64,000 nucleotides of DNA. Origin: Candidatus Poribacteria bacterium (GTDB taxonomy: Bacteria; Poribacteria; WGA-4E; GCA-2687025). The notes beneath the pieces are model-generated. The model was not told where the DNA came from. It did no database searches and saw nothing but the letters and a program-made list of their open reading frames with translations. A program made the position numbers and the translations under genes. The first letter of the stretch is position 1. Every line of letters starts with the position of its first letter. Positions 48,010-58,275 of the stretch are shown one piece after another. The stretch spans positions 7,356 to 71,355 of the forward strand of contig VGLH01000001.1 in the NCBI GenBank assembly GCA_016866785.1, given 5' to 3'.

Positions 48010-48830
48010 AGGGCATCATAGCCGTGGCGCAGGTCCAGCGTGATGGAACCAGCCTGACCGGTACCGACCGGCATACCGTCGTGTTCGACCACAGGAACGA
48101 CGCCCGACGCGGCGTTCGTGACGAACACCTCGTCCGCCGCGAGGAGTGCGGCGAAGTCGAACGCACGCTCCTCGACTCCGATCCTCTTCGACTTGGCGAT
48201 GCCAACTACGGTGCTCCGCGTCACTCCGCTGAGCAGGGGCAGATCAGCCGGAGGCGTCACCAGGACGCCGCGCATCACGGCGAAGACGTTCGACGCACAA
48301 CCTTCGAGCACGGTTCCAGCAGGATCCGCCCAGATCGCCTCGTCGTATCCCTTCGCCTGCGCAGACTCGCGCGCGAGGATGTTGTCCGCGCAGCCCGTCG
48401 TCTTGTAGCGCGCCATCGCAGTGTACCGAGGTTCCGGCAAAGACATCGTCCGTATGCCGTTGACACTCCACGCGCCAGCCACGTCACGGACGTGGACGAT
48501 CGTGATCGCTTCGTCGATCTCTTCACCACATCCGACGGTCACCCGTACGACCACGTCGGACGAATGCGCAGCCTCCGCCGTCGCCTGTTCCACGAGTCCC
48601 TCCCACTGAACCTCAGTTCCGAAGGGATCGCGGATGCGAAGGTGGCGCAGGGCTCCTCGCAGTCGAGCTAGGTGTCGGTCGGGATGGACGACGCCGCGAC
48701 CTGCCCGCCAGCGCATCGTCTCGAACGCGCCGTGACCGTACAGCACGAGCCTCGTCGATGGGGAGACGCCGCCGTCCTCAGCCTTCGCCAGCCGACCATC
48801 CGTCCAGACGTACGTCGCCACGATTGCCAT
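48006..48830 (-). CDS. pabC: Aminodeoxychorismate lyase (class IV aminotransferase fold)
   Basis: It has the class-IV fold (EGCASNVFAV...GVTRSTV) and lies directly downstream of pabB. I take the internal ATG (MAIVATYVW) as the start. Confidence 0.55.
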   Translation of the reverse strand: MAIVATYVWTDGRLAKAEDGGVSPSTRLVLYGHGAFETMRWRAGRGVVHPDRHLARLRGALRHLRIRDPFGTEVQWEGLVEQATAEAAHSSDVVVRVTVGCGEEIDEAITIVHVRDVAGAWSVNGIRTMSLPEPRYTAMARYKTTGCADNILARESAQAKGYDEAIWADPAGTVLEGCASNVFAVMRGVLVTPPADLPLLSGVTRSTVVGIAKSKRIGVEERAFDFAALLAADEVFVTNAASGVVPVVEHDGMPVGTGQAGSITLDLRHGYDAL

Positions 48831-48831
48831 G

Positions 48832-50295
48832 TCATACGCCGTATCGATGCGTCCGAGAACCAGCGTACGGCGGGTCTGCCAGCGCCGCAAGCAAGGGCTG
48901 TGCCTTCGTCATCGACTCCTCATACTCCGCAACGGGGTCGGAATCGGCAACGATGCCGCTTCCGGCTCCCATGTATGCATTCCCGTCGTGTAAGACGACC
49001 GTGCGGATGGCGATGTTGAGGTCGAATGAGCCGGAGAAGTCCACGTACCCGACGGCTCCGGTGTAGTAGCCGCGAGGAACCGGCTCCAGCTCATCGATGA
49101 TCTGCATCGCCCGGATCTTGGGCGCCCCGGTGATCGATCCGCCCGGGAACGTCGCGCGAAGCATGTCGGCAAAGCCCACGCCTTCGCGAGCCGTGCCCTC
49201 GATGGTCGCAACAGTGTGCAGGACGTTGGCGTATTCCTCAATGGTGCGGAGCACGGGTACGTGAACTGAGCCGTACTCGCAGACTCGCCCGATGTCGTTG
49301 CGTTCCAGGTCGACGATCATGACGAGTTCTGCGGCGTCCTTGGCGCTGACGAGGAGCTCCGCCGCGTGCGCAGCGTCCTCGTCGGGCGTCGTCCCACGGG
49401 GTCGGGTGCCCTTGATGGGTCGGGTTTCGAGACATCGTGTGGCAGGATCGAATCTGAGGAACCGCTCGGGGGAGGTGCTCAGCACGGTCGATTGACCGAG
49501 ATCGACGCACGCAGCGTAGGGGGAGGGATTGGCAGCCCGCAGCCGGGAGTAGAGTTCCAGCGGCGAGCCCTCCCAGCGGGCAACGAGTCTCTGGGTCAGG
49601 TTGATCTGGTAGACATCCCCGGCGGTGATGTACTCCTGCACTCTCTTGACCGCGAGGCAGAAAGACTCCTGCGTCATGCTGCTCAAAGCCGGTTCAGCGA
49701 ACCGGCGGCCGCGCACGGTTCGGACGCGCTCTTCCGGCGCGTGCCGAGGGGTGCGGCAGGCATCGAGTGCCGTGTTGACCCATCCACGGTTCGGGGCATC
49801 GGGCACGTTGCAGTGGAACGCCGAGGCCGTGCGACAACGGTGGTCGAACGCCAGCACGTCGGCGTAGAAGGCGAGTGCGATGTCCGGGTGCTCCGGGCTC
49901 TTCGGGTCCTCGGGCGCGGGAGTGTCGGTCCAGAGCCGAAGGTCGTAGGACCACGCCCCGACGGCTCCTGCGGTGAACGGGCTGCCATGGCTGAGCGGCA
50001 ACGTGCGATACTGGTCCAGACAGCGCTGCAGGGCTTCGAGCGGATGGGCAACGTGGATCGAGCGATCCAGGAGCCCTCTCTGCCCAAAGCGAGACTCGAC
50101 GATCCTCGAACCCCATGCTTCAAACGTCAGGAAGGGGTCTACGCCCAGGAACGACCAGCCGTCGGCGTAACCGATGGTCGGAACCGTCTCCAGGAGGAAC
50201 GGGCGTGCCGGGGAGTGACGCTCCAGGATCGTAGAGAAGACGTCGAATGGCCCGGCGACGGTATCTGTCGTCGCCACGCAGTCGACAGTGTACAT
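48832..50295 (-). CDS. pabB: Aminodeoxychorismate synthase component I (chorismate-binding enzyme)
   Basis: It has the chorismate-utilising core (VDLERNDIGRV, GGSITGAPKIRAMQII, GYYTGAVGY). I assign it to PabB, not TrpE, because pabC is adjacent. I take the internal ATG (MYTVDC) as the start. Confidence 0.6.
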   Translation of the reverse strand: MYTVDCVATTDTVAGPFDVFSTILERHSPARPFLLETVPTIGYADGWSFLGVDPFLTFEAWGSRIVESRFGQRGLLDRSIHVAHPLEALQRCLDQYRTLPLSHGSPFTAGAVGAWSYDLRLWTDTPAPEDPKSPEHPDIALAFYADVLAFDHRCRTASAFHCNVPDAPNRGWVNTALDACRTPRHAPEERVRTVRGRRFAEPALSSMTQESFCLAVKRVQEYITAGDVYQINLTQRLVARWEGSPLELYSRLRAANPSPYAACVDLGQSTVLSTSPERFLRFDPATRCLETRPIKGTRPRGTTPDEDAAHAAELLVSAKDAAELVMIVDLERNDIGRVCEYGSVHVPVLRTIEEYANVLHTVATIEGTAREGVGFADMLRATFPGGSITGAPKIRAMQIIDELEPVPRGYYTGAVGYVDFSGSFDLNIAIRTVVLHDGNAYMGAGSGIVADSDPVAEYEESMTKAQPLLAALADPPYAGSRTHRYGV

Positions 50296-50482
50296 CGTTG
50301 CCTCGATGGGACCGCCAGGGCGACGGGGTGCGTGGGTAGACGGTAGCACTCGCCGCGTGGCTCGTCAAGGAAGTGCGACAGGTCTCGTCACCGGACGGAC
50401 GAAAGGCGGCGACGGTTGCCAGACCGCATCGACGTCCATATCATCCATTGAGTCCGCTAGCTGCGAACGTCGAGGACCCGCG

Positions 50483-51697
50483 ATGAGCCGTTCCGCGTTC
50501 CGTTGGTCTGCGATCCTCTGCCTGCTCGTGTGCGCACTCGGACCGACCGCCGCACGCGCGGCGTCCCGCGCCGAGCTCAACGAGACGGCAGCGAAACGGG
50601 CAAAGATACAGCGCGAACGAGAGACTGCCGACGCCGAGCGACGACGGATGCTCTCCGACGAGCGGAGCGTACTGGGTGTTCTTCAGAAGCTCGACAAGGG
50701 CATCGAGGTCGTGCGCCGTGACGTGGCTTCGGTGCGCAAAGACATCGCGTCCCTTGACGAGCAGATCGCCGAGTCCGAGTCCGAGATCGGCGACTTGACG
50801 GCACGCATCGACGCGCGTCGGCAGCTCGTGGCAGACAGGCTGCGGGCGAACTACAAGATCGGCTACTCGAACCCCAACGGGTTCGTGTCATTGGCTCTGC
50901 GCGCCGACAACCTGTCCTCGCTGCTCGTACGCCTTCGGTACGCGGCACGGATTCGGTCTCGAGACAACGAGATCATCGACGGGTTCCGCGCTGACGAAGC
51001 CGCTCTGCGCGAGCACAAGTCCAAGCTCGAGACGCAACAGTCGGCGCGCGTCGCTCAACAGGAGAAGCTGGAGTCGCAGCAAGCCAAGCTGAACCAGGAT
51101 AAGCGCGAGCGCAACGCCGCGCTGTCAGTGATTCGGCGCGACCGAGGGCTCAAGGAACGCGCGATACGTGAGATGGACGCTTCCATCCGCCAACTCAACG
51201 CCCTCATACGGCAACTCGAAGCCGCGATCCGGGCTGAGGAGGAGGCGCGGGGAGGCGCGAAGGGCAGCACCGCGACGGCTCCCTCCGTGCAGTCTCTTGG
51301 GTCCACCGAGGAGATCGCGCTCGCCATCCAGACCTTCGGCAGGATCGACTGGCCCGTTGAAGGCAAGGTGACCAGCAACACCAGTACCGCGCTGGAGGGA
51401 ATCACGATCATCGCGTCCGAGGGCGCAACTGTGAAGGCTGTGCTCGACGGCACGGTGGAATACGCGCAGTGGTTCAACGGGCTGGGATTCGGGAAGCTGC
51501 TCGTTCTGAACCACGGGAACGGGTACCGCTCCTTCTACGCACACCTGTCGGACTTCGCCGTCAACGAACGGCAGCGCGTCCGCAAGGGCGAGAAGATCGG
51601 AACGGTCGGGAGCACCGGTTCACTGATCGGACCCGCGCTTTACTTCGAGATGAGACGCCACTATCACGTCATCGACTTCAAGCGCATTGCGCGCTGA
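50483..51697 (+). CDS. Murein hydrolase activator EnvC-like protein (coiled coil + M23/LytM domain)
   Basis: It has a signal peptide (MSRSAFRWSAILCLLVCALGPTAARA) and a long coiled coil. The C-terminal LytM has NHGNGYRSFYAHL...GSTGS...GPALYFE. The ATG at 50483 has GAGGA at a 6-nt spacer. Confidence 0.75.
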   Translation: MSRSAFRWSAILCLLVCALGPTAARAASRAELNETAAKRAKIQRERETADAERRRMLSDERSVLGVLQKLDKGIEVVRRDVASVRKDIASLDEQIAESESEIGDLTARIDARRQLVADRLRANYKIGYSNPNGFVSLALRADNLSSLLVRLRYAARIRSRDNEIIDGFRADEAALREHKSKLETQQSARVAQQEKLESQQAKLNQDKRERNAALSVIRRDRGLKERAIREMDASIRQLNALIRQLEAAIRAEEEARGGAKGSTATAPSVQSLGSTEEIALAIQTFGRIDWPVEGKVTSNTSTALEGITIIASEGATVKAVLDGTVEYAQWFNGLGFGKLLVLNHGNGYRSFYAHLSDFAVNERQRVRKGEKIGTVGSTGSLIGPALYFEMRRHYHVIDFKRIAR

Positions 51698-51737
51698 TCC
51701 ACCCGCGAGCTTGCCCGGCGTAGAGACGGGGGAACCT

Positions 51738-53207
51738 GTGTTGCGACCCATGTGGCTTCCGGTGGCGGTGCTCTGTTCGATCATTCTGGCGACGGCGCGC
51801 TCGTCTGCCCAAGAGGCGATCCCCGAGGCCGCGAGCCCTGCGCCGGCTGCCGTCAGCATGTCCGACACCGACGGCACGAGACGCGAGCTCGGACGACTCA
51901 GCGAGGTCCTGGCTCAGGTACGGCAGAACCATGTTGACGATCCCGACGCGCGCCGCCTGTCCGAGGGAGCCATTCGCGGCATGCTCGCAGCCCTCGACCC
52001 GTACAGCCAGTATTACGACGCGGACGCCTACCAGAGCCTGCAAACGGACACACGAGGCAAGTTCGGCGGCGTCGGCATGTACATCGGCGTGAAGCAGGAC
52101 CGCATCACGGTCATCTCTCCCATCGAGGACACCCCCGCGTTTCGGGCGGGCATTCTCTCTGGGGACGTGATCTCCTCCATCGACGGAGCCTCCACGGTCA
52201 GTATGTCGGCTGACGACGCCGCCAGCAAGATGCGAGGGGAACCGGGAACCGAAGTCACGTTGACGCTGCTGCGCGCTGGGCGCGATGAACCGGTCGTCGT
52301 GACGCTGACGCGCGACATCATTACGGTCCGGTCGGTGAAATGGCATCTGATCCATAGCAACGTGGGCTATGTGCGCATCACGCAGTTCATGGAACCGACC
52401 GCCCACGACGTGGCAAACGCCATCGCCGAACTCACGAAGATGGGAGCCCTCGCGCTGATCTTGGACCTTCGTAGCAATCCAGGGGGTCTGCTCAGTTCCG
52501 CCGTGGCGATTGCTGGCATGTTCCTGAATGAGGGGAACCTGGTCGTCTACACTCAGGGGCGCAGCGGCAGAGAGGACTTCACCGTGTCGGCTCCTCTGCT
52601 GCACACGGACTTGCCGGTGGATGTTCTCGTCAACAGCGGGAGCGCGAGCGCTTCGGAGATCGTGGCTGGAGCCCTCCAAGCCCACCATCGCGGAATGATC
52701 ATGGGATCGACGACCTTCGGCAAGGCATCTGTCCAGAAGATCTTCCCGCTGCAGGAGGGCGATGGCGCATCGGCAGTGAAGCTGACCATCGCTCATTACT
52801 ACACGCCCTCTGGAGTCGATATCAACAAGGTGGGCATCAAGCCCGACGTCGAGCTGGCTGCGCTGAGCGCGCTGGAACGCGACATGTGGCGCAAGCTGCG
52901 CTCCAGCGATGCACTCAAGACGTTCCTGCAGGGCGAGAGCCCGGACCTGCTCAAGGCGATTGAGGCGTTCAAGGCTGACAACACCACCGATCGTCTCTAC
53001 CGCAAGTACCAAGCGTTCCTGAAGTCGGCATCGGAACAGAACATCGTCCTGAGCGAAGGGCTGATTCGGTTTGCCATCGCCTCCGAGACGGTCAACGAAA
53101 CCGACGACTTCGAGTACGACCCGCAGATCGCTGCTGCCATTGGGTACCTCCGAGCGTTCGATGTCTACCGAGCGCTGCGCCAAGACGGGGCGGCAGAATC
53201 GGAATGA
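51738..53207 (+). CDS. Carboxyl-terminal processing protease (S41, CtpA/Prc-like) with PDZ domain
   Basis: It has the PDZ motif GDVISSIDG. The S41 catalytic region has NSGSASASE...TTFGKASVQK. The start is a GTG at 51738 or an ATG at 51750. Confidence 0.8.
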   Translation: MLRPMWLPVAVLCSIILATARSSAQEAIPEAASPAPAAVSMSDTDGTRRELGRLSEVLAQVRQNHVDDPDARRLSEGAIRGMLAALDPYSQYYDADAYQSLQTDTRGKFGGVGMYIGVKQDRITVISPIEDTPAFRAGILSGDVISSIDGASTVSMSADDAASKMRGEPGTEVTLTLLRAGRDEPVVVTLTRDIITVRSVKWHLIHSNVGYVRITQFMEPTAHDVANAIAELTKMGALALILDLRSNPGGLLSSAVAIAGMFLNEGNLVVYTQGRSGREDFTVSAPLLHTDLPVDVLVNSGSASASEIVAGALQAHHRGMIMGSTTFGKASVQKIFPLQEGDGASAVKLTIAHYYTPSGVDINKVGIKPDVELAALSALERDMWRKLRSSDALKTFLQGESPDLLKAIEAFKADNTTDRLYRKYQAFLKSASEQNIVLSEGLIRFAIASETVNETDDFEYDPQIAAAIGYLRAFDVYRALRQDGAAESE

Positions 53208-53227
53208 TGCCGTCTCACTGACGGATC

Positions 53228-54958
53228 GTGACTGTGCGAGTTTCGCCGTCGCTGCCTCGCGGAATGGACGGCACTTTGCGCGCCGGTGCCCGCGAGACCA
53301 GTGCACCTCAGACGGTCGGACTGCTGGCGCTCATCCTGCTCAGTGACCTCTATCTGCACACGTCCGTCCCCGTCGCTGCGGGTCCGGGACCTGGCTTCAT
53401 CGCCATGCTCGCCTGGGCTGCGGTCGTGCTGTGGAGCGCACTCATGTCCACGCGCGCCGCAACAGCGGTGGTTTGGCTGGCAGCCGCACTCAGCGCGGTG
53501 GTGTACGGCGTCACCACTCCATGGGCGAACGACATGGCGTTGGTCGCGGCGTGCTATGCGCCGGTGATCGGTACGATCGGCATCGCCGTTCACTCGCTGC
53601 GGCGCACCTACGAGCGCGAAACTCGCGCGGCGGCGGAACTCGATGCCGCGAACGCGCGAGCCGCCAAGACCGTCACCGAACTGTCGGCTCTCCTCGACGT
53701 GAGCCAGATGTCGGAGCTCAGCTTCGACCTCGGCATGCTCTTCCAGTCGTCTATGGCTGCGGTATCCCGCGCGCTACGTATGCACCGGGGCACGCTGGCT
53801 CTCTATGACGAGGCGACGCAAGAGCTCAAGGTGAAGTACGCGTTCGGTCTGACACCTGCGCAGATCGCCGCCGGAAGGTACCGTCTGGGAGAGGGAATCC
53901 ACGGCACGGTCATGTCCACCGGGCAAGCGATGGCGATCCCGAACATCGGAGAGGAACCGATCCCGCTGTCCTCTGGAGGGGCTCCCGTCGAAGCCCTCTC
54001 CCGTCGTCCGAGGACCGTCGCCATCCTCTGCATGCCCGTGAGAATGGAGGGACGTACGATCGGCGTGCTCAGCGTGGATCGCGCCCCTGTCGATGATCGC
54101 ACGCTGGGAGACGACGTGGGATTCCTGACCATCCTGGCGTCCATATTCGGGCAGGCGCTCCGAATCCAGCAGATGGTCGATCATGCCTTGCGTCAGGAGC
54201 GACTCGCGGCGCTCGGACAGCTCGCCACGAGCGTGGCGCACGAAGTGAGGAACCCACTCGCCGGAATACGCGGCGCTGCCGAGCTGCTCCAGAGCGACGA
54301 TCCGCTCCCGGTCTCGGATGCGCAGGCGTGCGCGTCGCTGATCGTCACGGAGGTGGATCGTCTCGCGCGCGTGGTCGAGCAGCTCTTGCGGTTCGGCGAC
54401 CATCGCCGGGGCGAGCGAGCAAAGCACGATTTGGTCGATATCCTTGACCGTGTTCTGACGCTCGTGGGGCCCGAGTGCGACGAGATCGGGATCGAGATCA
54501 TTCGGCGATACGGGGCGAACTCGACGTGCCTGGAAGCCGACGGCGACCAACTCGCCCAGGTGTTCCTCAATCTCGCGCGCAACGCCGTCGAAGCGATGCC
54601 CAACGGCGGAACTCTCATCGTCGAGGTGCACACCTCGCCGCGGGAGTCCGTCGGCGACGGTCGCGTCCTTCGCTATATCGAGGTTATCATTACGGACACG
54701 GGCGTCGGGATCCCACAGCCAGCACGCGAGCGTGTGTTCGACCCGTTGTTTACGACCAAGCGCAAGGGAACCGGTATCGGACTCGCCCTCAGCCGCAGAC
54801 TCATCGAGGAACACGACGGCTACATCGAGGTGCGCTCTCCCGAGGTCGGAGGAACCTCAATGGTTGTCACGCTGCCGTCGTTGGCGTCTGAGCCCAGCAC
54901 GGCATCGACGAACGCCGAGATCGGGACGCAACCGAACCACGGAGCGGGTCACCGATGA
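53228..54958 (+). CDS. Membrane sensor histidine kinase with GAF domain
   Basis: It has N-terminal TM segments and a GAF domain (LALYDEATQELKV...RTIGVLSVDR). HisKA is at VAHEVRNPL and HATPase_c at DTGVGIP...GTGIGLALS. The stop overlaps the response-regulator start (ATGA). Confidence 0.8.
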   Translation: MTVRVSPSLPRGMDGTLRAGARETSAPQTVGLLALILLSDLYLHTSVPVAAGPGPGFIAMLAWAAVVLWSALMSTRAATAVVWLAAALSAVVYGVTTPWANDMALVAACYAPVIGTIGIAVHSLRRTYERETRAAAELDAANARAAKTVTELSALLDVSQMSELSFDLGMLFQSSMAAVSRALRMHRGTLALYDEATQELKVKYAFGLTPAQIAAGRYRLGEGIHGTVMSTGQAMAIPNIGEEPIPLSSGGAPVEALSRRPRTVAILCMPVRMEGRTIGVLSVDRAPVDDRTLGDDVGFLTILASIFGQALRIQQMVDHALRQERLAALGQLATSVAHEVRNPLAGIRGAAELLQSDDPLPVSDAQACASLIVTEVDRLARVVEQLLRFGDHRRGERAKHDLVDILDRVLTLVGPECDEIGIEIIRRYGANSTCLEADGDQLAQVFLNLARNAVEAMPNGGTLIVEVHTSPRESVGDGRVLRYIEVIITDTGVGIPQPARERVFDPLFTTKRKGTGIGLALSRRLIEEHDGYIEVRSPEVGGTSMVVTLPSLASEPSTASTNAEIGTQPNHGAGHR

Positions 54959-56382
54959 CGATGCGCATATTGATCTGCGACGACGAGCCCTCCATCTGCT
55001 TTGTCCTCCGGCGCGCGCTCGAACGAGCCGGGTTCGAGACAAAGAGCGTTCATTCGCTCGCCGACGCCAAGCACGCGCTCCGTAACGACGCCATCGACCT
55101 CGCGTTCCTCGACATCCTCTTTCCGGATGGCAGCGGACTGGACGAGCTCCCGGCGATCCGTGAGAAGTTCCCGGACATTCCCGTGATCATGCTGACTGCC
55201 CACGGGACGATGCGGACCGCTCTGGAGTCGATGAAGCGGAACGCCTTCGACTACATCACGAAGCCCTTCGATCTCGCGTCGGTGGTGTCGCTGGCACGAC
55301 GAGCCGCCGACTCAGTCCAGGAGAGCCGCCGCCGGTCGGAGGAACCCGTCCGCGCACCTCTCGCCACGGAGGGCGACGAGATCGTCGGTAACAGCCCGGA
55401 GATGCAGGCGATCTACAAGACGATCGGTCGCGTCGCTGCGACCGAGGTCACCGTTCTCATTCAGGGCGAGTGCGGCACGGGCAAGGAACTCGTCGCGCGC
55501 GCTTTGCACGCGAACGGAAGTCGGGCTGACAAGCCGTTCGTGGAGGTCAACTGCGCTGCCATCCCTGCGACGCTGCTGGAAAGCGAGCTGTTCGGTCACG
55601 TCAAGGGCGCGTTCACGAATGCGGTGGCGACAAGGATTGGTCGGTTCGAGGGAGCCAAGGATGGCACGATCTTCCTCGACGAGATCGGAGACCTCTCTCT
55701 GGAACTCCAGACGAAGCTCCTCCGAGTGCTCCAGGAGAGGTCTTTCCAGCGGCTCGGTTCCAACGAGACGGTCGTCACCGATGCCCGAGTAATCGCCGCA
55801 ACGAACCGCGACTTGGACCGCGCCGTGTCCGAGGGTTCGTTTCGAGAGGACCTGCTGTACCGGCTCAACGTCGTACAGATCACGCTCCCGCCGCTAAGAC
55901 ACCGGCGCTCAGACATCCTCCTGTTGTCGGACTACTTCGTGCGCAAGTACGCCCCGCGCTATGGCAGGGACGGCGTGTCGATCTCCGAGGACCTTCTCAG
56001 CCGCTTCGAATCTTACGACTGGCCCGGCAACGTGCGGGAGCTTGAGAACGTCATCCATCGAGCCATCGTGATGGCGCGCGGGCCCGTTCTCAGTACTGCG
56101 GACGCGCCCCTGGTGTCCCCGGGCCCGGAACTCGAATCTGACGGCGCGATGGACCTTTGGCTCCGCAAGTGGACCCAGGACTACTTCGCCAGCGGGAGAC
56201 GCGGAACACTCCACGAGGAGGTCCTGGAGCGCATCGAGGGGCACTTGATGACCTACGTGCTGGAGCACACAGGCGGCAATAAGAGCCGTGCCGCCGACTA
56301 CCTGGGCATCAACCGGAACACCCTCCATGCGAAGCTGAAACGCTACGGGCTCACAGGGACAGACGACGACGGAGAGGATTGA
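54955..56382 (+). CDS. Sigma-54-dependent response regulator (NtrC family: REC + AAA+ + HTH)
   Basis: The REC domain has a phospho-acceptor Asp (AFLDILFPDG). The Walker A motif is GECGTGKE, and GAFTNA and ESELFGH motifs are present. The C-terminus is a Fis-type HTH. Confidence 0.85.
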   Translation: MTMRILICDDEPSICFVLRRALERAGFETKSVHSLADAKHALRNDAIDLAFLDILFPDGSGLDELPAIREKFPDIPVIMLTAHGTMRTALESMKRNAFDYITKPFDLASVVSLARRAADSVQESRRRSEEPVRAPLATEGDEIVGNSPEMQAIYKTIGRVAATEVTVLIQGECGTGKELVARALHANGSRADKPFVEVNCAAIPATLLESELFGHVKGAFTNAVATRIGRFEGAKDGTIFLDEIGDLSLELQTKLLRVLQERSFQRLGSNETVVTDARVIAATNRDLDRAVSEGSFREDLLYRLNVVQITLPPLRHRRSDILLLSDYFVRKYAPRYGRDGVSISEDLLSRFESYDWPGNVRELENVIHRAIVMARGPVLSTADAPLVSPGPELESDGAMDLWLRKWTQDYFASGRRGTLHEEVLERIEGHLMTYVLEHTGGNKSRAADYLGINRNTLHAKLKRYGLTGTDDDGED

Positions 56383-56391
56383 CGCGAACCG

Positions 56392-58275
56392 ATGACAGCG
56401 ATGACTCGAAGAGCGGCCGTCGTATCGATCGCCCTCGCCTTTGCGCTCGCGCTGGGAACGACAGCGTCTGCGCTCACCGTGCGAGTCACGATGCCCAACG
56501 GAGATCGCCTGACCGGAGAGTGGCTCGGGTCGTCCGAGTCGACGATGAGCATTCGGCTCGGCGACGGACAGACGCTCGAGATGTCCCTCGACGGTGTCGT
56601 GGCGGCCTTCGGCGACGACGACGCCCCCATATCCATCGAAGCGCGCGCCAGGCTCGATGCGGCGCTCGACGCCGTCGCGTTGGGCATGGACACGCCCGCC
56701 GAATCCGCGTTCAGGGACTCAATCGCTCTGGCTCCGCGCTTTGCCCGGGCATATTACGAGTACGCCCGGTTCCTGGAGCACCATGGACGCGCGTCCGAAG
56801 CCTTTCAGCATTACGTACTGGCTGCTCGGTTGGACGCCAAGACGTACCGCATCGCCGACAAGATTCGCGCGGCGGCGGACGACGCGCTCGGACGCAAGGA
56901 CTTCACTAGCGCAGGACGAGCTCTACTGCAGTTCGCGCAGAGCTTCTCGAACGACGCGACGGCCCCCTCAGCGGCGTACGACGCCGCGCGCTATCTCGCC
57001 GACGGCGCGGACGCCTCGGAGCCGGGCGACGCCGTGCGCGCCGATGCGGAGAGGGCGCTGCGTTACGCAACCACGACGTACCCTGATCACGCAGCCTGCG
57101 ACGAGGCACGCCTTCGGCTCGCCAATCTCTACCTCACATGGAAGCAACCGACACAAGCGGCGGAGGTCGCGGAGGATTTCATCCGTCGTCGCCCCAACAG
57201 CCCGCGCATCGTCGACATGCATCTGGCTCTCGGGTACGCCCATTTGCAGCGCCGAGAGCTCGCCCGCGTGATCGAGGAAGCGCGTTGGGTGCTGCAGCGT
57301 GCAGAGGACCCGGACATGCAGGAGCGGGCCCGAACGCTGGCTGCGGAGAGCGCCTGGGTGGTTCAGTCGGTCGATGCGGGGTTATCCGCCGCGAGCGTAT
57401 TCTCCGTGCTCCGAGACGGTCGGTTCCTGTGGGTGGGGTCCTCGGGCGGCGTCGGGAAGTACGATGCCTCCGGGGATAATCTCACCTCGGCACCTGGCGC
57501 CCCGGAGGGCACGGCTGGCATGACAATCCGCGCCATCGCCGCAGACGACTCGGAAGTGTGGCTGGCGACCGCCAACAAGGGCGTCGTCCGGTACCGCCGA
57601 GACAACGGCAACACGGCGATCTACGGACGTCTCGACGGGCTTCCGAGCCACAGCATCGCTGCCGTCGCCATGGACGCCAACGAGGTCTGGGTCGGCGGCA
57701 CAGGCGGCTTGTCACGCCTGAACCGTGTCACGGGAGAATGGACGCCGTTCAGGTCGGGCAAGGAGTTCCCTGGTCAGGAGGTGACCGCCATAGCCTTGTC
57801 GCCGTCGCATGTGTGGGTGGGAACGCAGGGCAACGGCGTTCTGCGTCTGACGCGAGCGACGAGCCAGTGGGAGAGCTTCGGCGTGCAGACCGGCTTGGGC
57901 AGCAACTCCATCCGCAGCATGGTGCTGACTCCGACGGGCATCGTCGCCGCATGGAGCACATCCGACAAGAATGGTCTCTCCGAATGGAGCGAGTCAACGC
58001 GGCAGTGGGCGAACCAGCCCATCGGACCCGACGAGATCGCCCCTCACGACATCCGCGTGACGGCGAACTCAGGCACGCTCTGGGTCGCCGTCGGCGAGGC
58101 GCTGCTCTACAAGGACGCGCGCGGCAAGTGGGGGAGCGTCGACTATCCGTCAGCACTGCGCTCGGCTCGCATCTACACAGCCCTTGCGGACTCGTCCTCG
58201 GTATGGGTCGGCACGAGCGCGGGATTGGGAAGGCTCGACATTCGGGCGACCGGCACGCTGGGGAGCCTGCGATGA
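56392..58275 (+). CDS. Secreted protein with TPR-like N-terminal region and two-component-regulator propeller (Reg_prop / Y_Y_Y-like) repeats
   Basis: It has a signal peptide (MTAMTRRAAVVSIALAFALALGTTASA). The C-terminus repeats VWVGT/LWVA-type blades (EVWLATANKGVVRY, EVWVGGTGGLSRL, HVWVGTQGNGVLRL, TLWVAVGEALLY, SVWVGTSAGLGRL). Confidence 0.6.
   Translation: MTAMTRRAAVVSIALAFALALGTTASALTVRVTMPNGDRLTGEWLGSSESTMSIRLGDGQTLEMSLDGVVAAFGDDDAPISIEARARLDAALDAVALGMDTPAESAFRDSIALAPRFARAYYEYARFLEHHGRASEAFQHYVLAARLDAKTYRIADKIRAAADDALGRKDFTSAGRALLQFAQSFSNDATAPSAAYDAARYLADGADASEPGDAVRADAERALRYATTTYPDHAACDEARLRLANLYLTWKQPTQAAEVAEDFIRRRPNSPRIVDMHLALGYAHLQRRELARVIEEARWVLQRAEDPDMQERARTLAAESAWVVQSVDAGLSAASVFSVLRDGRFLWVGSSGGVGKYDASGDNLTSAPGAPEGTAGMTIRAIAADDSEVWLATANKGVVRYRRDNGNTAIYGRLDGLPSHSIAAVAMDANEVWVGGTGGLSRLNRVTGEWTPFRSGKEFPGQEVTAIALSPSHVWVGTQGNGVLRLTRATSQWESFGVQTGLGSNSIRSMVLTPTGIVAAWSTSDKNGLSEWSESTRQWANQPIGPDEIAPHDIRVTANSGTLWVAVGEALLYKDARGKWGSVDYPSALRSARIYTALADSSSVWVGTSAGLGRLDIRATGTLGSLR

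Noticed and set aside
51678-53306. 542-aa minus-strand ORF
   Set aside because: It is antisense to the CtpA protease gene, which has clear PDZ and S41 motifs.
57558-58271. N-terminal 238 codons of the 1185-aa track ORF
   Set aside because: This part of the same frame runs through the propeller gene out of frame. The real TPR protein starts at the ATG at 58272, with a signal peptide and an ATGA overlap with the upstream stop.
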